From: Macrostomum lignano
Lineage: Eukaryota
Direction: 5' to 3'
DNA length: 64,000 bases
Assembly: GCA_002269645.1 (NCBI GenBank)
Contig: NIVC01001880.1
Span: 162,030-226,029, forward strand
Shown: positions 54,931 through 64,000 of the stretch, piece after piece
Numbering within the stretch: the first letter of the stretch is position 1
How the letters are laid out: the number at the start of each line of letters is the position of its first letter
Program-made: the position numbers and the translations under genes
The notes under the pieces: model-generated
Seen by the model: only the letters and a program-made list of their open reading frames with translations
Databases searched by the model: none
What the model was told of the DNA's origin: nothing

Positions 54931-55981
54931 CCTAAGTTCTCAATAACCTCTGAACTTAAGTGACTTCCCCAGCCATAAACTGAGCAGTGACTCACTCCCA
55001 CAAGCGGCACTGAGAGCCCCGGGATTTCGGAATCGAATCGCAGATATTCGGAGGCCCCGGGAGACGGGCGGCTGCAAGTCAATCGCTTCGCCAAATTGGC
55101 GACCCGCGCAGATCTGCAGCGATCTGCGGTTATGCAACTGCTCCGGAGGCACAGACAGACAGCGGCTGGAAATCACGACCCGCGGACTAAAAAAAGCTTT
55201 CGAACTCGAGGGGCTCCGCATCGACAGCGGGTCCGGGATGAGTCAGCCAGATGGATTGCCTCCGCGATCGCACTTGGCAGATGTGATGCAACTTCTAACA
55301 CTCCGCCGTCTCCGAGGCATCCCAGGCTGAGCGATCCGGGGATCGAGCCCCCGCGACTCGCGAGATCCCCACTTGGGATTCGAGACGAGAGCAGCTGAAT
55401 GGGGATTTCTCCCAGGCGCAATCATTTCTGGGGAGCCAGGGAGGGAATGAGAGGATCAGCGGGGCTGCCAGCCAGAGTGTCCAACTTGAATGGGGATTTC
55501 ATAAATCGCTGTCTGGTGTGGGATTTGGGACACAAGAGGGGAGGGCGAGGGGAAAATTGTAAACGAAGGGCGGGCCGACTTCCCCAGCAGCAGCAGCAGC
55601 AGCGGGAATCCGCCGGAGACCCGAGTTTGCCGCTGCCGTCATTAATCAAAGGGGAGACCCGCCTGCGATAGAGGCTGCAGGGAGGGGGCAGAGGGGGAAG
55701 CGGGATTGCGGGAGGCGGGCGGCGGACTAAAAAGCAATCAAAGTCAGGAGAAACTCAAGACATTCTGCAGCAGCGGCAAGAATGAAAGTCGGCTTTTGCG
55801 GGAGTTGCCTCTGCCTCGCCATCCGGTGCTGCATGGCAACAAGAATTGAGCAAAGACCGAATTTCAGCCGCAGCCTGAGAATGGGATTCTGGATGGGGGA
55901 GCTGCGACTTGATGAGGCTGGACACCGTGTTTCTGTCTTCTGGCGGGTCTGATTGGGAATTGTCCGAATTTCTGCAATTAG

Positions 55982-56270
<289 letters not shown>

Positions 56271-57273
56271 GAGTCCGAGCCCTGCCCAATTGAAAAAAGC
56301 AGAAATTTGCAGAAATTGTGCAGAAGCAGCCGCCTGGAGACAATGCAGCTCCCTACTGAATGATTCAGGAGCAGTCGCCCGACGCTTTCAAAACAACCCA
56401 GGTGCCGAAAAAAGGTGAAGCAGCCGCAGCCCTAGAAGTGGAAGAGAAGCCTCCCTCCCCCATCGGGGGGTCTTCATGTTCTTCAGACGCGGCAAACCCG
56501 GAAAAAGTGATGACAGAAAAGCAGAGAGAAGCAAGAGACTGTCGGGGCGGAGGCGGAACCATCAAAGCGGCGGCGTGAGGCGGTGTCGGGTGACGCCAGC
56601 GGGAACTCAGGCTGCCCAGGGGAGGCTGGCGGGTCATTAGCGCTGGGGATCCACGGGAGGCGCTTCATTTTGGGGTGCGGACGGGAACTTTAGTGGGGAT
56701 TCTTCCCAGTTGGGATACTTCTGAAGAGGGAAGAGCAGCGGAGCAGTCGGGCGAGAGTTGCGCAACTTCCTGCCGCATCTCTTTAAGCCGGAGTTGCTGC
56801 CCCTCATGGGGGATGTGGGAGTTTATCCCCTCCCCAGGGCCGGTGTCAGGTTTCCGTGTGATGGCTGCGAACAGCTTGTTTTCGCGCGGAGCAGCACAGT
56901 GTCGGGTGACCAGCCCAGTGGGGACAGCAGAGTCAACACGCCGCTAATTGCCGCCCCCTTTCCCAGTTCAGAAATCAGGCCATTGCCTGCAAGAGCTTCA
57001 GTCGCGCCCATTTCGCTGACCGTTGAGCACGGCGCACGGCAACCCTGACTTTCTCAGCCCAGTTTCTAGTTCTCAAGCCTCAAATGAATTTGTCTCAGAG
57101 TCAGACTCGTTACCGCTAAACTACCCACGAAAATTGCTGTGTAGTTTTTACCGAGGCGAAAGTATCTTTTCGATACATATCGTTAATGCCGATTCTTGAA
57201 TGAGTTTTCATTTAGAATAAATCCCACGATTAGCGAAAAAATTCCATTCCTGAATCTCACATCAGTGCGAGCC

Positions 57274-57460
57274 GGTCCTGTTCCCCCCGGTCCTGTTCCC
57301 CCCGGTCCTGTTCCCCCCGGTCCTGTTCCCCCGGTTCTGTTCCCCCGGTCCTGTTCCCCCGGTCCTGTTCCCCCCGGTCCTGTTCCCCCCGGTTCTGTTC
57401 CCCCCGGTCCTGTTCCCCCCGGTCCTGTTCCCCCCGGTCCTGTTCCCCCCGGTCCTGTTT
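57274..57460. repeat. 14/15-bp tandem repeat (cggtcctgttccccc)n
   Basis: Read directly. Confidence 0.93.
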
Positions 57461-57859
57461 CCACTCGCGCGCTTTCAGCAGCTCCCACTCCCCTCGTCCC
57501 GGGGACTCCGCTGCGACCTGCCTGTCGAAGCCTCTGCCCTCCCCAACCCTCCCGCCAGGACTCAGTCGTGCATTATTTTTCCCCCTCGCGTTTTCCTCGA
57601 ACGCCTTTCGATGAATTCTCGTCATTTTTTTCTCTTCCCACTTTATTGGTCTCATTTTCTTCTAGATCCCTAATGGGGAGGAGCTCAGATCCCCAGACTC
57701 TCTTCCCCATCTCCCCTCGCTCCGGCTCGCAGAGTCAGCAGGTGGCGAGCGAGGTCGCCTCAGGTGAGAGGAGGCTGGCGGGCCGGATGAAGCAGCTTGC
57801 CCGCCGTGCTCACACCTGTTCGCGATTTAGTCGGTGCTGGGAATAACCGGATAGTGTCA

Positions 57860-58508
57860 GTTCATGAGTGAGTTCATGAGTGAGTTCATGAGTGAGTTCA
57901 TGAGTGAGATCATGAGTGAGTTCATGAGTGAGTTCATGAGTGAGTTCATGAGTGAGTTCACGAGTGAGTTCATGAGTGAGTTCATGAGTGAGTTCATGAG
58001 TGAGATCATGAGTGAGTTCATGAGTGAGTTCATGAGTGAGTTCATGAGTGAGTTCATGAGTGAGTTCATGAGTGAGTTCATGAGTGAGTTCATGAGTGAG
58101 TTCATGAGTGAGTTCATGAGTGAGATCATGAGTGAGTTCATGAGTGAGTTCATGAGTGAGTTCATGAGTGAGTTCATGAGTGAGTTCATGAGTGAGTTCA
58201 TGAGTGAGTTCATGAGTGAGTTCATGAGTGAGTTCATGAGTGAGTTCATGAGTGAGTTCACGAGTGAGTTCATGAGTGAGTTCATGAGTGAGTTCATGAG
58301 TGAGTTCATGAGTGAGTTCATGAGTGAGTTCATGAGTGAGTTCATGAGTGAGTTCATGAGTGAGTTCATGAGTGAGTTCATGAGTGAGTTCATGAGTGAG
58401 ATCATGAGTGAGTTCATGAGTGAGTTCATGAGTGAGTTCATGAGTGAGTTCATGAGTGAGTTCATGAGTGAGTTCATGAGTGAGTTCATGAGTGAGATCA
58501 TGAGTGAG
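57860..58508. repeat. 12-bp tandem repeat (catgagtgagtt)n
   Basis: About 54 units. Confidence 0.97.
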
Positions 58509-59638
58509 TGACACTCGTCTCAGTTCAGCAGCTCCGGGCAGCCAGGTGAATCATTCCATCCCCCAACCCGCCCCAGCTGTCAGCGCCCCTGCCAACTTCC
58601 AAAAGAAGCTGGGATGGCCATGCCGTGTGAGCACTCACTCAGCAGCAGAAGCAGAGAGTTCAGAATTTTGTGGCTGTGCCACCGAGCAGGCTGAGGGGCT
58701 CGGGCCACTTAGGATCGACTCGCGTACTCGCCCTGCTCTGCCCGCCTAATTGATGAAGAGAGGGATAGGCTGGAGAGCAGGCGGAAAGGAACCAGTGAGC
58801 GAAGATGCTGAAGTTGAAGTTTAAAAGATGCTGAGTCCTCCCTACTCAAGCTTATCGATCTGATGAAGAAGAAATGTTTAAGAGTCTGCAGCCAGTCCGC
58901 TTTTGTTTAACCGCGTGTCCCAATTAGCCGAAATGCCCCATCGGGTCTGGGCTGAAATCGCGGAGCATTTCGCGGGAAGTCACGATCGAAGCGGGGCGAA
59001 GCAAAGAAACGAATATTGCTGTCCATCTCTCACAGACTCAATTGAGGATTTCGTGTCGCTCATTTTTCCCAAGGGAGCATCTTTTATTCATGCAGCTCTC
59101 CAGCTCCTCGATGAAGCTGATTTCCCAGTCTCCATGCGGGACATCGCATCTCAATTCCCATGAGGTTTCCCTCAGGCTGGGAATTGCAATGCAGGGATTT
59201 TGCCCGCCAGACTCTCAGCTGAAGCAGACAATCCATGCAGAAAGAAAGCGGAATTTCGGGGGGGGCTCTAGCCGGAGGGATGCTGGCTCAGGTGTAAAAA
59301 AATTACACTAGCTGCTGATGAAGCATGGGATTCTGGGGGAGACAGGTGGGCGCGCCTAGACCCAGATGAGTAGGTTGGGCTGGGCGAGACACTGCAGCGG
59401 ACCGGGGACTGGCTGCCTGCTCTGGCGAATCAGGTGGCGGCCAGAGGGGATGCTAAAATGGGGGATCATTTTAGCAGAGGAAGGAACAGGGCAGAGGAGG
59501 AACAGAAGAACTGCAGGAGAGACGGAAAGACCTCATCGCTGAGGATTTTGCTTGCAGCAGCCGCCTACGCGCATTTTCCCATCGCTGTTGCTCTTCGGAC
59601 TGTCAGGGGAAATTTATCCCAACCATAGCGCACCCACC

Positions 59639-62041
59639 ATGCCGCCGCCGCCGCCGCCGCCGCCGATGCTGCTGATGCTGCTGCTTCTCGCCGCCGCGGC
59701 CGCTGCACAGCCGCCTCCTCCAGCTGCATCGCCGAGCTCCACGCCGAGCCCGACGCCGCTGGAGGAGGCGGCGCTCGCCGAAGCGCTGTCCGTCGTGCGC
59801 CACGACTTCCGGTTCCTGCGGCACGAGTGGGCCTACACTGCCATCAAGTACCGCGGCTTCATGCGCCACTTCGCCGCGCCCTGGCGCCTCGTAGCCAATC
59901 TTGGCGGCGCCTACACGGTGGGCGGCTCCGTCTACTTCAACCGCTGGGCCTGGGAGAAGGCGCTGGCCACGCTGACGGAGTTCTCCAGCGAGATGGAGCG
60001 CTACCACCGGGTGTACGGCGCCGTCCGGTCAGGCGGCCGCCTCCGCCGGCACTGGCTGGCGCGCTACCCGCGCCTGGCGCGGGACACCATCGATTTTGTT
60101 GACTTTGTCGAGCGCCACTCGGCCCGAGTCTCCGACTGCAGCGGCCGCCCGATCCGCGCCTTCCTGGCGCCTGGCGTCTCCTACGGCGAAGGCGGCGACA
60201 ACGCCACGTGCGAGCTGCTGCGGCTGGCAGGCGACATCTTGGCCGACGCCACCGCCGGCCGCCTGTCCGAGGCTCTGATTGGCTATGTTCGGCTGTCCGA
60301 GCTCGCCTGGTCGGCTGATGCCTGGCCCGGACAGTCGGGCCCAGAGTCGGACATCCGCCGGCCAGCCGCCGTGCCTGGCGAGTCCTCGGCGACATCCGAC
60401 GCCGCCGCCGCCACCGACATGGCTGAGCAGCCAACTTCGAACCGCTCGTCGCGGCCGATCGACGCCCGGAGCCTCGCCCGGCAGATTCTTGGCCACGCGC
60501 TGCTGCACCTGCGCCGCTATCGGCCCCGCCCGCCGGCCGCCGGCCTGCCCGACTTCTACTGTCGGGTCGTCCGCGAAGACCTCGACGGCCGGCTGGCACA
60601 GCAGCTGGACGCCGGCGAGCTGGTGGAGCTCAATGCCGTGCTGGAGCAGTGCCGAAATGCCAGCAGGGGCTCCGCGGCCTCGAAGGACATTGCGGTGGTG
60701 TCGAAGGCCTACACGGAGCTGCTGGGGCTGTGGGAGCGCACGCGGCGCCAGCTGTGGCGGGAGTACTCGGCCTACAGGCAGTACCGCAGCCGCATCCCCG
60801 CCATCCTGGCCGCCAAGTCCGCCATGCGGGCCGTCCTGCCGCTCATCGCCGCTGTCGGCCTGCTGCTCAACGCCGCCGTGCTGATCTTCTACGGCCGATG
60901 GGCTTGTCGACACGGCGGCGGGCGAAGCCTCCTGATCGCCCTGCTGGCGCTCAGCGACTCGGCCCTACTGGCCGTAGCTCTGGTGTCGCTGTTCACCGAC
61001 AACTACATGGAGCACGACCACAGCCTGCGGCCCAGCGGCGCCGCCGATCTCTGGTGCAAGTTCCAGCCGCACCTGTACAACCTGGCCGCCGAGACCTCCG
61101 CCTACCTGCTGGTGGTGCTGGCGGCCGAGCGCTTCCTCGCTGTCCGCGCCTGCTGCTGCAGCGGCGGCGGCCACAAGCCGCTGCCACAGCGCCGGCTCTG
61201 GGTCCTGGCGCTCACCGCCTTCTGCTCCGCCTGCATCCTCAACTGCCTGCTGGTCATTGGCGACGAGCTGGCGGCCCCGGCCAGGTCCACGGTCGGCCGG
61301 CAGTGCGTGCAGTACGTGCGCCTGCGGCACTTCGACTCCAACCTGGCCTACGTGACCCGCGCCAAGCCGCTGCTGAACGCGCTGGCCCGCAGCCTGGCGC
61401 CCTTCGGCCTGGTGCTCGGCCTCAGCCTGGCCACCTGCCGGCTGCTCTGCCGCCGCGGCGCCTACCGGCTGCTGCTCCGCCAGGACGAGGCGCGCGGCGA
61501 GCAGCCCGAGCTGCCGGCGGCCGTGGGCCAGCTGTGCCTGGCGCTGGCCTACCTGCTGCTCACCGCCCCCGCCCCGGTCACCCACGCCCTGTTCATGACG
61601 GCCCACGCCGACCGGCTGGTTGTGAAGCTCGCCAACGGGCTGATGGACGAGTCCGACCCGATGTTCCGCGGCCACTGGCAGCGCCTCGGCCGCCTCACCG
61701 TCGCCCAGTACGTGGCGGAGTTCGGCCTGCTGCCCGCCAGCGCCGCCTGCTGCTTCTTCGCCTTCGCTGCCACCGACCGCGCCTTCCGCGGCTTCGTGCG
61801 GGCGGCCCTGCGCGGTAGGTCGCCGAGCCCGGCGTCCGCGGCTCCTGCGTCGGCTGTCGGGGAGGCCGCGACGACCGCCATCGCCGACTTGTCGGACCCG
61901 GCGATCGGTCAGGCAGCAGAGATGGCCGGTGCTGAGCCCGCGGAGCGGCAGCGAAGGTTCAGGAAGCCGACTGGGAGCAGACTGACCTTATTTGACCTCG
62001 CCGGACAGACTGCTGACATTTTCATTTATCCTCCGGATTGA
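59639..62041 (+). CDS. Class A (rhodopsin-like, peptide-receptor type) GPCR with signal peptide and ~400-aa N-terminal ectodomain; intronless, 800 aa
   Basis: cccaccATG at 59639; signal-like MLLMLLLLAAAAAAQ; TM1 AAVGLLLNAAVLI; TM2 LLALSDSALL; TM3 WCKFQPHL...LAAERFLAV; TM5 SLAPFGLVL; TM6 LAYLLLTAP; TM7/helix 8 SAACCFFAFAATDRAFR. Confidence 0.88.
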   Translation: MPPPPPPPPMLLMLLLLAAAAAAQPPPPAASPSSTPSPTPLEEAALAEALSVVRHDFRFLRHEWAYTAIKYRGFMRHFAAPWRLVANLGGAYTVGGSVYFNRWAWEKALATLTEFSSEMERYHRVYGAVRSGGRLRRHWLARYPRLARDTIDFVDFVERHSARVSDCSGRPIRAFLAPGVSYGEGGDNATCELLRLAGDILADATAGRLSEALIGYVRLSELAWSADAWPGQSGPESDIRRPAAVPGESSATSDAAAATDMAEQPTSNRSSRPIDARSLARQILGHALLHLRRYRPRPPAAGLPDFYCRVVREDLDGRLAQQLDAGELVELNAVLEQCRNASRGSAASKDIAVVSKAYTELLGLWERTRRQLWREYSAYRQYRSRIPAILAAKSAMRAVLPLIAAVGLLLNAAVLIFYGRWACRHGGGRSLLIALLALSDSALLAVALVSLFTDNYMEHDHSLRPSGAADLWCKFQPHLYNLAAETSAYLLVVLAAERFLAVRACCCSGGGHKPLPQRRLWVLALTAFCSACILNCLLVIGDELAAPARSTVGRQCVQYVRLRHFDSNLAYVTRAKPLLNALARSLAPFGLVLGLSLATCRLLCRRGAYRLLLRQDEARGEQPELPAAVGQLCLALAYLLLTAPAPVTHALFMTAHADRLVVKLANGLMDESDPMFRGHWQRLGRLTVAQYVAEFGLLPASAACCFFAFAATDRAFRGFVRAALRGRSPSPASAAPASAVGEAATTAIADLSDPAIGQAAEMAGAEPAERQRRFRKPTGSRLTLFDLAGQTADIFIYPPD

Positions 62042-62099
62042 AAATGCACTTGGCTGTTGTTGTGTATTTACCTGGCAGTTGCGAATTGACCTCGGAACA

Positions 62100-62365
62100 T
62101 CCAAGGGTTTTTTGTACAAGTTGACCTGGATGACTCCCAGTTGTTTATTGTTGACCTCAGATGACCCCATTTGTCCATGGTTGACCTGAAATGACCCCAT
62201 TTGTCCATGGTTGACCCGAAATGACTCCATATGTCCTTGCTTGATCTCGGATGATCCCAGTTGTCCATGGTTGACCTCGGCTGACCTTAGTTGTCCATGG
62301 TTGACCTCGCTGACCTTAGTTGTCCATGATTGACCTCGGCTGACCTTAGTTGTCCATGGTTGACA
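62100..62365. repeat. ~30-bp tandem repeat (gttgacctcggctgaccttagttgtccatg variants)
   Basis: About 8 diverged units just downstream of the GPCR stop codon. Confidence 0.88.
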
Positions 62366-64000
62366 TTTGATGCAACCAGTTCGCCATCTGGAGAACTTCA
62401 AAAAAGTAGCTGAGAGCTTCATCTTGCGCACACTGCGTGGCTTTTATCCAAACGAATTTCGTCCCTCTCGGCCGCGGCAGTTTGTCTTCGAACCGCGGCA
62501 TCCAAAACTTGCCCGATAACTTTTAACTTTGGAATAAAGTTTTTTGATTTGTTGTTGCTGTTGCCCTTTTCTGAATACTTTAAAGCAGAAATAGCAAATA
62601 TGTATCATACAGTTAGCCCTTAATCCGTGCTACTTGTCTCTGCAAAATCAATAATCAACCTCAAATAAAGTTCTTTCGCAGAGTTCAGTGCCAGCAATTC
62701 TTTTTTCATTTCATTGTCCAGATAAAAAGCTGACATATTTGATTGACAACTATAAGGCCAGGTAATTTCAATGGCTCCAAAACAGTTGCTTTAGACACCT
62801 GAGGTTTCCTGGAATTTTGACCGGGCTGCCTGGCCGGCTGGCACGCGACCCCATTATCATAGCTATTCCCCCTTTCAGTCAGATTTCCCAATAGAAAGCG
62901 GGGCCCGATGCAGTCAGCTGAGCTCAACGGGAAATGCCAATTATGAAGATGAGCCCGCTGCAGAAAAAATGTTGCGACTATATGGCCACCGGCTAGCAGA
63001 GATTGCTTGTGCGGGCTCATCCGCAGCTCTAAATCGGGATTCCAGGCTTGGCATGGGAGGCGCATCGCAAAGATAATTGTGGCCTCATCAACTCAATTGG
63101 TTGCTGCATAGGTGAAGTGGATGTCATGAATGGCGCTGTGCTGTGCTGCATTGGCGCAACTTCTGATTAGTTTGGCATGCGAAATGGCCAGTGGAATGTG
63201 GCAGTTATGCGCCATATAAATGAGATTATCCTATCAATAACTCCGCTTATACCATGGGGGTTCGGAGAGCAAGGGCTGCACTAGTTTCTGCTTTTTGCAC
63301 TTCTCTGGCTGGAGTAATGATGAATTCATATACTCGTATAACCTTACTTCCCTGGCAATTTATATAATTCAAATACAAGGAATTTTTAAATATCAATGGA
63401 CTTATTAATGTTTCACTAATCCCCTTTGAGTTGAGTTGATCCTCATACAGACTTGATGTCATCGATTTTCGTTACTTCAGTCGCAGTTTAATCACTAATC
63501 ACAACACAATCTGATAGGGTATGCAGCGGCCCTGGATTCCTAACCGTCAGATAAGTTCACTCTGTGCCCTAGGGGTTGGGCTCTCATGGATGCGAATTGC
63601 GCGACAACCATCTAGCAATTTTTCGCGCAGCGACGCCATGAGTTATTCAAAGACACATGTAGGAGTTACATATGAATGGGGCTTGAAATACGCTGACTCA
63701 AAAGATGCTTGCACCTTGCACAATATTTTTTCCTATTCGACGAGGTAAGCGTAGTATTAAACATCAAACAATCAGAACAGAACATACAGAAACATGATAA
63801 CGTCAGACCCATTGAGTCTAATTTCATCGCAATATAATTATGAAGGGTTGAAAATGGTACATGGTAATTTTACGGTAGAACGATTGATATCTTCAAAAAT
63901 AATTTAGTTAAAATCCATTTCTTTATTTTAGAAGCAGTTTAGAAAAAGCTTGCAACCTAATTTAATACTAGTATATAAACTAATGTTGTTTTTCTTTCTT

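Noticed and set aside
58855-58880. ctgatga...gaaa hammerhead ribozyme core (other ctgatga sites also checked)
   Set aside because: No stem II between the core motifs and no flanking stems I/III.
59603-61881. Multiple 200-390-aa overlapping ORFs around the GPCR (similar ones overlap MPP10, the kinase and the retrotransposon)
   Set aside because: Expected by-products of very high GC3; no recognisable motifs.
62706-63748. Short ORFs near the window end
   Set aside because: No recognisable motifs or consistent splice pattern; may belong to a gene beyond the window.

Overview
Eukaryotic (animal) genomic DNA with spliceosomal GT-AG introns, GC-rich exons and about 30 different tandem-repeat arrays filling introns and intergenic space. 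This style resembles the flatworm Macrostomum lignano, but that is my inference and was not tested. Genes I could assemble by hand: a 5'-truncated, intronless SAMD9-like STAND NTPase (1-3670, +); an 11-exon ADAM17-like sheddase (-); a hidden two-exon 64-aa secreted cystine-knot (ICK/knottin) peptide whose exons flank a 1.5-kb microsatellite intron (-); a frameshifted, degenerate GDA1/CD39 (ENTPD4/7-like) fragment; MPP10; a mitochondrial-type acetyl-CoA acetyltransferase (ACAT1-like); a six-exon coiled-coil plus C-terminal death-domain protein (-); an intronless atypical Ser/Thr kinase; and an intronless class A GPCR with an unexplained ~400-aa ectodomain. Between about 16.9 and 29.4 kb lies a nested transposon stack: a decayed LINE interrupted by a 2.5-kb non-autonomous TIR element (9-bp TSD, internal satellite) and by an intact 5.76-kb LOA/R1-group retrotransposon (12-bp TSD, APE-RT-RNase H), with a related 318-bp MITE nearby. 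A tRNA-derived CORE-type SINE sits in a thiolase intron. No prokaryotic systems or CRISPR arrays are present. Most long ORFs in the track are translations of tandem repeats. Exon coordinates come from manual splice-site reading and are unverified by transcript data.
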